The notes under the pieces are model-generated. The model ran no database searches, was not told the DNA's origin, and saw only the letters and a list, made by a program, of their open reading frames with translations. The position numbers and the translations under genes were made by a program. 64,000 nt of DNA from positions 131,502,001 through 131,566,000 of the forward strand of contig OX597817.1 of NCBI GenBank assembly GCA_951406725.2, in the 5' to 3' direction. Below are positions 11,153-23,879 of the stretch, one piece after another. Each line of letters starts with the position of its first letter. The stretch's first letter is position 1. The DNA comes from Octopus vulgaris. Lineage: Eukaryota.

Positions 11153-12209
11153 CAATGCAAAAAATAATCCACGGAAAATTAGGCTACTTTGCATATTTTG
11201 TAAATTCTTGTCGCTAACTCTAGATAAAATGGTCCCAATTTTTTTGTTGGTGTGAGGGCGTCGTTGTTGATAAAATCGGCAGTTAGTTATTTTATCGATC
11301 TTTAAATGCTGAAAGTCAACGTTGGTTGCGACAGTATTCGATGTAAGAACTTAAAGAGCTGGTCGTAAATATTTTGAGATATTTTCTCAGACTCCCTTCC
11401 GATACTTCCTCCTCTTTATATGTTACGAGTGATGAATACTAAATGAGTAAGGAGACAGTGACTGATAAAAGTGATAAACCAAATTCATTATATTCCAAGT
11501 GATTTGCATCAGCTGTTCTGTTTCACTCTAAACACAAACCCCGCAGAAGTCGATCGCAGTCGACTCTAAATCTTATCATTCCAGTAGCCATCATTGATAA
11601 ACCCAAAACCGTAAAAGGGTCAGTTGAATGAACACTCCTTCATCCAACAAATTTATATAACCTGCACAGAAGTTAGAAATCAATAATTATAAATTAAAGC
11701 AGCTAATAAATCACTTTTGTCGTTAATCACCCGGAGACTGATCGAACAGATCTTTCATCAAAGAAGTTTTAGTAATAACCAATACTGTTTCTTTTTTCTT
11801 TACTCTTAACTAGCATGCTCGCCCATTTTAAGACAGTAACTAGGGGGAAATTAATTGAGGGGAAAATTAACTGTTTTTTCTGGCAGACTTAGGGATTCTT
11901 TATTTGTAATCAAATTTATGCACATAAATACATGATTTCTAATTATGTTGTCATCATTACCTGTCATCTATTGTATTGTCTATACAAAGAATTTCTTCGC
12001 TCGTTATCATATTTAGTCATCAACGTAAAGCACAAAACGAGGGCTCAATTCTAGTTAGAGTTAAGTGTTATGTCTTATTCTTTCATTTATTCCCGGAGAA
12101 TTTAAGTCAAAGTAAAGCATTTCAAGGTTATGTATATCTCAAACGTAGACTGAAAAGATAAAATTAGAAAAACTATGCGATTTGGCCATAGGGTAGAATA
12201 ATATAAACT

Positions 12210-12385
12210 TGTTCAAATTTTGGCACATTGCCACTAATTTCTGGGATACAGGTAAATCGATTACATCGACCCCGAATGGATGAAAAGTAAAGTCGAACTC
12301 AGTGGAATTTTAACTCAGAACGGAAAACGGACGAAATGCCGCTAAGCATTTTCGCTGCGTGTTAACGAGTCTGCTAGCTCATCGT
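12210..12385 (-). mobile_element. SINE family B
   Basis: Reverse complement of head and core. Confidence 0.7.
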
Positions 12386-13177
12386 AGAATAATATACATT
12401 ACAATAAATTTTGGTTCCATCCCTAACAATCAAAGCCTCACCAATTTCAATGATTTCTCCCAGTGGATGATGTTTTAATGTTAGCGAACGCATCCAAGTT
12501 CGCGAATGAAGTTACCACTGTTTACTACTCTCTTTCGTTTCATTTTTTCCTCCTGCGCTTCCATGGTTGAAACATATCCTTGTAAAACGCAAATCTCACT
12601 TAAATTCGCAAATAATATAAATATCATTGTCTACCAGCTGTACTGATGAGATGTTTTCCCTTCTTCTAAACTTGGAATTCCTTGATGGAGCCGTACATCA
12701 GGTATTTGTGGACATGATAGACCCCCATCCTTCACTACGTTAGACCACAACCGATACCTTCTAGACAGACAGATAGAGAGGAGAATCGGTCTCTTTACAA
12801 CACTGGCATTTCATTTGTCGAGCCTGCAAAGATGAACGTCAAAGATGACTTGACTCTAATGGAATGTAGATTGAAGATTTAGAGAACCAGAACGATTATC
12901 TCCGAAGGTCTAGCAGTTTTGCCAGTTGGTGTCCTATACTGATAATGAAATCTGATGATACCGAAATGTCTATCTACAAATAATGGAAAATATAAATAAC
13001 AATAGTGAATACTTAATACAACATAACTTTTACTCTGTACATCACATTTGATAATAATACTAACAGTAGGAGGGGGAAAACTGTTTCTTAAATACATTAC
13101 AGAGAACTATGTTTTAACCAGATTCAAATATTTGGCCTGTGCATAACATTCAACACACAATAATTTACCTCCTTACT

Positions 13178-13375
13178 TGTTTAAGTCATTAGACTGCGGC
13201 CATGCTGGGGCACCACCTTGAAGAATTCTAGTGGAACGAATCAGCGCCAGTAATTATGTTTTGAGAGACTGGTTCTTATTCTATCGTTCTCTTTTGCCGA
13301 ACCGCTAAGTTACGAGGGACGTCAACTAACACTGGTTGTCAAGCTGCTACAGAGGACGAACAGACAGACACACAC
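13178..13375 (-). mobile_element. SINE family A, 3' half
   Basis: GACTGCGGCCATGCTGGGGCACC...CTTTTGCCGAACCGCTAAGTTACG. Confidence 0.75.
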
Positions 13376-13468
13376 GTACACACACACACAGGTATACATA
13401 CATGAATGTATGAATTTATATATGTATGTATCTATCTAGCAATATATATACATATACATACATATACC

Positions 13469-13505
<37 letters not shown>

Positions 13506-13688
13506 ATACATACATACATACATACGTCACTAAAGTGACAAAGGCCACTAATCACCACCAGTATTGTAAGAAATAAGAGTCAGCGATGCTGATGTTGATC
13601 GGCATCTTTGTCACTTTAGCCTTTGAGCTGTAAAATTGTGAATTAGCTACCCATATTATATATACATACACACCAACACATACATGTA

Positions 13689-13763
<75 letters not shown>

Positions 13764-13764
13764 C

Positions 13765-13965
13765 GGGAAGGTTTACGAAAATAAACAAAAGACGAAGGCA
13801 GGTGGACTACAAACAAACAATGTATTAGTATGGCGCTCAGGAATATAAATAAAACAAGTCTTTTACGTTTCGAGCCTACGCTCTTCGACAGAAAGATACA
13901 CAGAAAAGAAACAAGGAGAGAAAAAAATTGCGTGTAGGGGCTAACGATCCAACATGGCGTTCTCA
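13765..13965 (-). mobile_element. Short hammerhead-bearing repeat (family H1) between (TA)n tracts
   Basis: Near-identical to 33770-33965. Motif at 13859-13896: UCUUU-CUGUCGA-A-GAGC-GUAG-GCUC-GAAA-CG-UA-AAAGA. Confidence 0.75.
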
Positions 13966-13993
13966 TATATATATATATATATCACTAAACCAC

Positions 13994-14292
13994 GCGTGAA
14001 GGCGCGTGGCTTAGTATTTAGGGCATTCGGCTCGCGATTGTAAGGTCGTGAGTTCAATGCCCGGCGACGCGTTGTGCCCTTGAGCAAGACACTTTATTTC
14101 ACGTTGCTCCTGTCCACTCAGCTGGCAAAATTGAGTTGTATCTGTATTTCAAAGGCCTTGTCACACTCTGTGTCACGCTGAGAACTACGTTATGGGTACA
14201 TGTGTCTGTGGAGGGCTCAACCATTTCATGAGCAGGCTGTTCCGTTGATCGTATCAGTTGGCACCCTCGTCGTCGTAACCGACGGAGTGCTC
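13994..14292 (+). mobile_element. tRNA-derived SINE family C
   Basis: tRNA-like head GGCGCGTGGCTTAGT...GAGTTCAATGCC, then CCTTGAGCAAGACACTT central motif. Second copy at 38153-38470; degenerate copy at ~56540-56860. Confidence 0.8.
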
Positions 14293-15157
14293 CTTACATA
14301 TATATATATATATGAAAAAACAAGTCTAGATAGAAAATGCTAAAATAATTTTATAAAGAACATTTCAGTACCGGTTTCAGTCATTTGGGACCTTTTCAAC
14401 TGTAACGATTAGATAATTAAATTTAGAAAAATTAAGAAAATTAAGAAAATTTTTTTAAAAGAATATTTGTATAGTGTTCAAATATAAGTGGCATTTTCCT
14501 TGTTTCTGCCTTTCTCTGTCTCTCGTGTTTACACTTGTGGGTGATCAATCCGAAATAGTTACAGTTATTTAACAAATGCAACACAACAACGTTTCCTTTA
14601 CGAGGAACCGACAAACGTGATAACAATAGTTAAACAGTAATAATAATAACAACAAACCTTACGGTGAATCAAAAGGCAGTACACAGTTGAAGCAATAGTC
14701 CTTTATGTATAAGAAATAAACCAACATCAGTACTCAGTAGAAGCGGTTGTTCGAGAAAACAGACATTACATACAGCCAAACTTCATATAGATACTTAATG
14801 CTAGCTAATTAGCAGATAATCTAATGTAAAAGCTGTGGTGAAAGGTATGTGCACAGCTCCATCTGGACTATTCCATTTCTGCACACTAATTTTATTTTTA
14901 ATTTATTCCGATTCATGTGAACCACTTATTCAAGTTCAAGTCATTGATGCAATTTTATACCAATTGCTATTTTATGCCAATTGCTATTTTTACTTTTGTT
15001 ATGTTACGATTATATTATACTTTAGTTTGATTTTAATTATTACTTACTACATATAATTCAATTGTTATTATTATCTCTAATTTTTATTGTTACAGTGATA
15101 GTATGTGACATAAAATAGAGAAATATTTTTGTTTCACTTTTAAAACATAATACTGAA

Positions 15158-15435
15158 ATAGTGGAGAAGATATGATATTGCTAGGCAAGAAGTTGAACTT
15201 TTTTTTGCCCATGAAACTACATGGATTTTAAGTAAGGCATGTGTAAAATTTGAATGAAATTGGTTGTGTAGTTCTCAAGTTTTAGGGGATCATAGTGGAG
15301 AAGATATGAGATTGCTGTGGGCTCGCCCTAGGCAAAAAGTTTAGAATTTTTTGCCGATGACACTCCGCGGGCCGTAAGTAAGGCATGTGTAAAATTTGAA
15401 TGAAATTGGTTGTGTAGTTCTCAAGTTTTAGGGAA

Positions 15436-15466
<31 letters not shown>

Positions 15467-15500
15467 CACATTCTCAGTTTTATATATATAGAGAGAGATA
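15158..15500 (-). mobile_element. Non-autonomous Helitron-like 5' part with internal ~135-bp duplication
   Basis: Minus-strand start TCTCTCTATATATATAAAAC. Block GGCATGTGTAAAATTTGAATGAAATTGGTTGTGTAGTTCTCAAG occurs twice; a related copy is at ~44220-44430. Confidence 0.45.
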
Positions 15501-15509
15501 TACATACAT

Positions 15510-15733
15510 ATGTGTGTGTGTCTTTATGTCTATGTTTGTCCCCCCACCATCATCGGTTGATAACCGATGCTGATGTGTTTACGTCCCCGTAACTTCGCTG
15601 TTCGGCAAAAGTTGCCGATATAATAAGTACTAGGCTAACAAAGAATAAGTCCTGGGGTCGATTTGTTCGACTAAAGGCGGTGCTCCAGCATGGCCCCAGT
15701 CAAATGACTGAAACAAATAAAAGAATAAAAGAA
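15510..15733 (+). mobile_element. SINE family A, 3' half
   Basis: GATGCTGATGTGTTTACGTCCCCGTAAC...GGCGGTGCTCCAGCATGGCC..CAAATGACTGAAACAAATAAAAGAATAAAAGA. Confidence 0.85.
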
Positions 15734-16453
15734 TGCTAATGTGCCACACAGTGGGACTGGGCCCAGAAACGTGTGGTTAAGGAGCAAACTTCTTACCACA
15801 GTGCTGTGTCTGCGCCTATTAGGTCTAATTAAAGCAAAAAACAAAATCAGAATATCTGAACCTGGACAGAGGTTGTTATGATCTTTGTGGGTCCATATTA
15901 AACATTGTTCATAAAATTTATGTGCAATAAGTTTTTTCTATTTTTTACAATACACAAAATTAGAAAATTACAATTTGTAAATCTCAGAACGAGAGATTTA
16001 CAGTAACAGTACTTTGGAGTAAAGATTGTTTGCCAATATAACATGGTTTAGGACGAATGTTTCTGTAAGCCCCAGGAGACATCGTTTTCAGATGGCTAAA
16101 AGGACACGATCTGTGTCCTTACAATGGCTGAAACAAATAAAACGAAGAGTCGCATAGCTTACACCGTGGACGATGGCTTGAAACAGGAAGTAGCCAACAA
16201 GGGGACCTCTACCGAGTCAATAAGCCTACAAGAAATACCTTAATTCACATCATAATACATTTCAAAAAATTACAAGATGTATAATGTGGTTTCTCTACAA
16301 ATAGATAAAAAAAGACAAGATGGTCACGGCCGAAACTTGTTTGATTATATTTTTTTGATTATAAGAAATATAAAGATGATCCTTAGGGATTATCTTTCTA
16401 TTTCTTCAATATCCATTACCTCGCTTATTCTTTTCTCAATATATCACATGGTT

Positions 16454-17250
16454 GAGGCGGCGAGCTGGCAGAATCGTTAGCACGCCGGGCGAAATGCGTA
16501 GCCGTATTTCGTCTGCCGTTACGTTCAGAGTTCAAATTCCGCCGCGGTCGACTTTGCCTTTCATCCTTTCGGGGTCGATTAAATAAGTACCAGTTACGCA
16601 CTGGGGTCGATATGATCGACTTAATCCGTGTGTCTGTCCTTGTTTGTCCACTCTGTGTTTAACCCCTTGTGGGTAGTAAAGAAATAGGTATTTCGTCTGC
16701 CGTTACGTTCTGAGTTCAGATTCCGCCGAGGACGACTTTGCCTTTCATCCTTTCGGGGTCGATTAAATAAGTACCAGTTACGCACTGGGGTCGATATAAT
16801 CGACTTAATCCGTTTCTCTGTCCTTGTTTGTCCCTTCTGTGTTTATCCCCTTGTGGGTAGTACAGAAATAGATATTTCGTCTGTCTTTACGTTCTGAGTT
16901 CAGATTCCGTCGAGGTCGACTTTGCGTTTCATCATTTTGGGATCGATAGATTCAGTACCAGTTACGCACTGGTGTCGATATAATCGACTTAACCCCTCTG
17001 TCTGTCCTTGCTGTCCCCTCTATGTTTAGCCCCTTGTGAGCAATAAAGAATAAGAAACGTTAGCACGCTGGGCGAAATGCTTAGCAGTATTTCGTCTGTT
17101 TTACGTTCTGAATTCAAATTCCGCCGAGGTCGACTTTGCCTTTCATCCTTAGGGGTCGATAAATTAAATACCAGTTGCGTACTAATGACCGATCTAATCG
17201 ACTGGCTCCCTCACTCAAAATTTCGGGTCTTGTACCTAGAGTACAAAAGA
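16454..17250 (+). mobile_element. SINE family B multimer (184-bp internal tandem units)
   Basis: TATTTCGTCTG starts at 16505, 16689 and 16873; a further near-full copy begins at ~17055. Confidence 0.88.
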
Positions 17251-17642
17251 ATATATGACATCATTCCGAAATTGACATTTGTGATTTCTAACTTATTACT
17301 ACGAAGGAAAAAACACAACAAAAAGCAAAAACAAAACAAAAACAAACCTACTCATAAATTGTTTATAGTTGTAAAAATGCGGAAGTACTTTTTAACAGGA
17401 AACCACTCATCGTGTCTAAGGAGGAGGTGTACATATTACGGAAGTTACCTCCCACCACCCCTTCTTCCATTTTTGTTTATTACACTATCGCCGCCGCTTT
17501 TGTTGCAATTATTAAAACCCTCGCTATTATTACTCTTATTAAACAGGGTTAGAATGTTTGATAACAATTCCAAAACGCAAGCTTATGGGATTATATCTGC
17601 GTGTCTGCATGTACACAGACACGGACACACACTCACACACAC

Positions 17643-17753
<111 letters not shown>

Positions 17754-17765
17754 TAGATATATATG

Positions 17766-18161
17766 TCTTTTACTCTTTTACTTGTTTCAGTCATCTGACT
17801 TCGGCCATGCTGGAGCACCGCCTTTAGTCGAGCAAATCGAACGCAGGACTTATTCATTGTAAGCCTAGTACTTATTCTATCAGTAACTTTTGCCGAACCG
17901 TTAAGTGACAGGGACATAAACACATCAGCATCTGTTGTCAAGCAAAGCTAGCAGGACAAACACAGACACACAAACGTACACATACACATATATATATACG
18001 ACGGGCTTCTTTCAGTTTCCGTCTACCAAATCCACTCACAAGGCTTTGGTCGGCCCGAGGCTATAGTAGAAGACACTTGCCCAAAGTGCCACACAGTGGG
18101 ACTGAACCCGGAACTATGTGGCTGGTAAGCACGCTACTTACCACATAGCCACTCCTGCGCC
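17766..18161 (-). mobile_element. Full-length tRNA-derived SINE family A
   Basis: Head GGCGCAGGAGTGGCTATGTGG (A box), GGTTCAGTCCC (B box), TTGGGCAAGTG core-like motif, internal microsatellite, (GAGTAAAA)-type tail. Confidence 0.9.
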
Positions 18162-18175
18162 TATGATAGAAAGAC

Positions 18176-18291
18176 GTTTATAGCACCTAGGTTTTCCAAG
18201 TGGTCACCCATCTAAGTACTAACTAGGCTCGACTTTGCTTAACTTGGGCGATCGGACGAGAACCGGTGTTTTCAAAATGATATGGCCGTAA

Positions 18292-18293
<2 letters not shown>
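18176..18293 (-). pseudogene. Solitary 5S rRNA-like copy
   Basis: GTTTACGGCCATATCATTTTGAAAACACCGGTTCTCGTCCGATCGCCCAAGTTAAGCAAAGTCGAGCCTAGTTAGTACTTAGATGGGTGACCACTTGGAAAACCTAGGTGCTATAAAC, 118 nt, with box A and box C recognisable. Not in an array. Confidence 0.88.
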
Positions 18294-18325
<32 letters not shown>

Positions 18326-18326
18326 G

Positions 18327-18368
<42 letters not shown>

Positions 18369-18562
18369 CTTATATATGTGCGTGGGTGTATATATGTATG
18401 TATGTATGTATGTATGAGTAAATGTAAGAATGAACAAGTTAGGCAAGTCGATATACAAAAAATACTAAATACATTTAATGCAAAAAATGTCGCCATCAAC
18501 CCAATTCATATTAATCAAATTAATATTCAATTTTTCACCCTTATTATTTTAAATTTCACATC

Positions 18563-18599
<37 letters not shown>

Positions 18600-19046
18600 C
18601 GTGGCAGAAAGAGTGAAAATTCATTGCCTTTAAAAGGACTTTGACAAGTGTTTGTTGTTTCTCTCTTACAGTTATTACCCTTTCTTCTTCCCTCTCTCTT
18701 TCCCTCTTCCCCCCTCTTTATCTCTATAACGGCTTTTGACAGCTTCTACTCCCTCTCTTTCCCTCTCCGTATCCGGTGTCTCTCTGTCGCTCTTTCTCCC
18801 CCAGCCTTTCTCTCTCTCTCTCTATACATCTTTCTGTATCTATAGAGAGAAAGCGTTAACAGCTGCAAGTGTGATTAATGGAGAGGAATAAAATAGTAAA
18901 TAATTATATTGTGTCGGAAATATATTTCACTCTCTTGAAGTTTAAATATTCCCGCTAGAGGGCTTTTACAACGGTGAATTATTATTGCCCACTACCAATA
19001 ATGATAACAGATATTATTAATTAGATATTTATTATGTTAATTTTTA

Positions 19047-19135
<89 letters not shown>

Positions 19136-19199
19136 CTGAACTAGGAGTATCTTGCATACATCGCACAACCCGTACGTTTAAATATTTTAAATAATAATA

Positions 19200-20340
19200 T
19201 TGTGATCATTCCTAAATTTTTCAAATTCTAATTCTTTATAACCAAATAAGAATGAATATACCTTACTAGCTTTTAATTCAACATGCATAGATTACTAAAA
19301 AAAACTTCATTGTATATTTAGAATTAAATTCTTTCTTTTTTTGATAATCTCCTATATTAAATAGTATAAATTCTATGTCCCTAAAGAAACTATTCAGTTC
19401 GCCTTGATTACCTCACTTCCATTTCTTAATATATCATTAACCCAGGATATTTTTACCTAACTAATTAGCCTTTCTCCGCAGGTAGTAAATATGATGTCGA
19501 ACAGATTCTATATTTTAATTCATTAATAACAATTCACTATTTACTAAATCTGAGTAATTTACTCTTCTTAATTACTTATCTTCATAAAATTAAATCACCT
19601 TCTACTAAACCTAGGAAAATTCTTCTTCTTGATTACTCCTCTTCCAGTTTTTCTAATATATATATTTGACCCCTAATATATTCACTTTGTTAATAAGACT
19701 TTTGTCCTCAGTTGTTGAGTATTATGCCTACTCATAATAAATGATAGATTTTTCTCCAAATTAAATAAATATTATATTTATAATTTCTCCTTTAATCCAA
19801 CGTATCAAAATATTCAACACCTACCAGCTAAGTATAAAACTGATGTATATAAGTATAAAGGGATTTCTGTATTCTCTATAACATTTTGATATATAAGTGG
19901 TCACTGTGACCATCTGAAATTGACCTAGTTTTCGTAATATAAAATCTATTTGCCAAATAGTAATAAACAGCTTCTATGGCATTACAACCCCCTCTCTACC
20001 TTAATTTCTTTATGAAGACCTTCTGACATTTATTTCACCCCCATTTCTATAAATAGAAAATCTTTTTGTATTCTTTCAACTGATTATACTTCCCAACCTT
20101 CTAGCAGTTCAAAATAACTTAATGAATATTATTCAGTTAGAAGATAAACTCTACTACCTTAATGTTCTTAAAATTTAAATCGACATCTTTGTCTATATAT
20201 CTACCTTCTCTATAATGTTATCAATTGATATGAAAATTATGTATTAATGGAAAACCTCTATAAATGACTGATGATTGCTCAACATTTTAAAACTGTTGTA
20301 ATACTTACAATATTTAATAAAATGATGTAGCGTGAAACGA
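19200..20340 (-). mobile_element. Highly decayed LINE remnant (possible)
   Basis: Minus-strand peptide shards (YRNG.., EIKVERG, KVNILGVK) recall an RT domain; no open frame. Confidence 0.3.
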
Positions 20341-20373
20341 TTGTACCAAATTACAGAAGTTATTCTTGTTGCT

Positions 20374-20422
<49 letters not shown>

Positions 20423-21480
20423 GTGTATATATCGATGTTTCAATATATATGTGTGTGTATATAATGTGTATACACATGTATACATAATGCGTATATATAT
20501 ATATATATGCGTGTATGTATATAATGCGTATATATGTGCATATATATTTAATGCGTATGTATATATATAATGTGTGCATGTGTGGTCGGATATTGAGCTG
20601 AAAATTTGCACACCTATGTTAAAAGTGCTGGCGAGTTTGCATAGCAATTTTGAGTTTGCTCATTTGAAACGCGTGACCTCCAGAGCAACATTCTTCCTCT
20701 TTTAAAATGTGGCCCGCGTAGACCCAAATGAAACCTGGTTATAATACCGAAACAAGTAAAACAATAATAAACTATTTTAATCCCGAGCAAGGCCGGGTTT
20801 GTCTTCTAGTCTGTTTATAAAAGTGAGAGGATTTTGTTTATTATTTGTTTCCACTGTCCACTTGCGACGGTGATGAAATTGACTACGGACACTGAACGCA
20901 TACATTTCCTCAATTCTTAACCGATTTTCACCAAACTATACATACTATGTTCCAAGGATGGTCATGCACTAACATTTTGCCCAGAGCTCTCTCGTAAATG
21001 GACATAAATGGACAGTTTTTTTTTTCGTATGTAGAGTCTTCCATACTTTTTCAATCATTTTATAAATGTGAAAGGATTTTGTTTATTTATTTCGACTGTC
21101 CACTTACGACGTTTATCAAATTGACTAGGAATACTGTAACGCTGAATATCCAATACCACACAAACTTAATCTCCATATTTAAACGGCATTAAACTTTGGC
21201 AGGCTTACCGTTACCTATTCTGAAGTACCTGAAAGACGATGTTCCCTCCCCTCTCTTCTATTTGTTGATACATTTGTTTACCTACCAATGCGTTGTTTCA
21301 CTTTAAGGATGCTTATTTACCCATCCATTATGATATTACGACTGTTGTCTATTGTTTCAAATACGTTTTAGCATTGTCGTTTTAGCCTTTTTGTAAACAA
21401 TCACATATGATTCGTCCCCAAAAATCAACCTTTCAATAAGAGTTTTGCTTCCACCAGAGTTTTTGCACAGGCTATATGGT

Positions 21481-21624
<144 letters not shown>

Positions 21625-22253
21625 TACAGTACACCGTAAATCACTCGAACTGAAAAAGTTTAAACATTACAAAGTCTTACTTTGAATGAAGTAAAAGTGA
21701 AGGAAAACAACAAAACTCCTTCTATTCCTTCAGAGTTTCTTGTTCAACTGACGAACCAACTCATTGAATTGACATTTTAAGTGCCTGAGTATCCCGCGCA
21801 CACATGTATTCATAACTTTTTTTTTTCAAGTACAACCGATGTGTCACTGTGTGTGACAAGGTCGGTCCTTTCAATTTCGTGAACGTATGTGTGTGTATGC
21901 ATTTGTGCATGAGTATATATGCGTTTATGCGCGTGGGAGTGTGTATGCGTGTGTATGTGAACGAATGGGTATATCGGTATGTGTTCGAATTATTGTGCAC
22001 GTATGTGCGTGTGTGTGCACTCGTATATCCTTATGTGCGTATGAATATGTATATGCCCGTGAGTATGTACGCGTATGTGTGCATGTATGTATGTGTATGT
22101 ATATGAGCATGCATGTTAAACGTCGGTTGTCAAGAGACGGTAGAGGACAAACACAAGTGTGCGGGCACACACACGCACACATATATGTATGTATATGTTT
22201 ATATATATATACATATACATATACATATATGTTTGTGTGTGTGTGTAGGGTGT

Positions 22254-22303
<50 letters not shown>

Positions 22304-22381
22304 ATACATATATACACACATACATACATACATATATATATATATATGTGTGTGTGTGTGTATACATACACAAATCACTCG

Positions 22382-22489
<108 letters not shown>

Positions 22490-22496
22490 AACGCAC

Positions 22497-22925
22497 TAAA
22501 TTGAAGCAACTGAAAGGTCAATTACAAAAAAGATAGATCGCATGACAGGCCTTGACGATTGGGGTCGGCTAGAAAAGTTCAAGCTTTATTCTCTCCAGCG
22601 CCGCCGTGAGCACTATGTCATCTGCATGATGTGGAAAATATTCCATCAGCATTGCCCAAATGATGTTGGCATCACCTTTAAGATACACCCAAGACTTGGG
22701 CCCCGTATTATCCGCCCACAACATAATCACATTCGCATCTCATAACAACAATACGGCTGAATTATTTCACATCAATTGACCCCGCTCTCTTTAATATTAC
22801 ACCAAAGACATTAAAGCAGAAAGAGACCCCATAAAGTTCAAGAAGTCTTTGGATAAATTCCTTCACCCGGATATGTCACCGTAAATAATAACTCTCTCCT
22901 TCAGTGGGTCATGTTTTCCGATTCC
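22497..22925 (+). mobile_element. CR1-group LINE ORF2 C-terminal fragment
   Basis: RLEKFKLYSLQRRREHYVICMMWKIF motif. Confidence 0.8.
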
Positions 22926-23760
22926 TCATTTGAATGGATAGAACACTTTATGGTCCTGGCTGATTTTTTGATTACCCACTGTTCCTCTTTGATTTTCAAC
23001 GCAGGTTTTCATGTCAGTCTGCAGATGAAGTTTTTCCAACTCCAGCCTTTTCATTGTTGTTGAGTGTGGATGTTGTATGTGAGAAGATTTTAATTGGTTG
23101 ATTTTTTTTTTTATTGAGTCTTTTGATGCTCCTGATGCGTGTTGTTGTTTTTTTTCCTTTTTAGGGAGCCTGTTTCTGTTTGTGCTGGTGGATTTCGTAG
23201 GAGCGTGTTTTGAGCATGTATAAGTGAGAATGTTCTCAAAGTGCTGCCATGTGATTTCAATATCAGTGGAACTGAGAGTAAAGAACCAATCGATGAAGGA
23301 CATATCCTTTCTGTTTCCTCCCCAGTCCGCTTTGTGGAAGTTTATGTTTTCAAATAAGTGCATTGGAGTGGAATTGGTTGGTTTGGTTTTGATATGGCGA
23401 AACGAGAGGAGAGTTTTTTCAACTGAAATACTGTGAATGAGGCTAGAGTGGTTGGTTAATATTAGATCCAAGATCGTTTTTTTTTTTGCTTTGTTGGTTC
23501 GAGCACTAGCTGTGTCCGGAAAAACCCATCCATTAGATTAAAAAGTTATTCTTCTGCTTTGTTTAGTACAGTGAAGTTGCATAACTTCATAGTATTTGTG
23601 GATCAGTTTATATAAGGGAAGTTAAAGCTACCCATCACTAGTATGTTTCCAGATTTTTTTTTTGAAGGAATGGCTTCACCCATGGTAGCATTGGGTGATA
23701 TTACGTCAGGTAGCGATATCAGAGGCGATGTTGATAGCTGCTGGATAAAAGGTCGTTGAG
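22926..23760 (-). mobile_element. CR1-group LINE endonuclease/linker fragment (inverted)
   Basis: ILVMGSFNFPYIN, LDLILTN, NFHKADW motifs. Confidence 0.75.
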
Positions 23761-23879
23761 GTGACACCTGACCTATATATATATATATAATAAACGAAAA
23801 ATGTATGGTAAATAAAGCTTGCATCACCTCTTCCTAATTTGCAGAGGAACTCACCGGACGCTGGTTATATTCCTGAGAA

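Noticed and set aside
16454-17250. Regularly spaced repeats suggesting a CRISPR-like array
   Set aside because: Whole 184-bp units repeat with no unique spacers, there are no cas genes, and the context is a eukaryotic SINE.
18176-18293. Functional 5S rRNA gene
   Set aside because: Solitary, with an internal TTTT, several substitutions and no downstream T-run terminator; kept as a pseudogene or variant.
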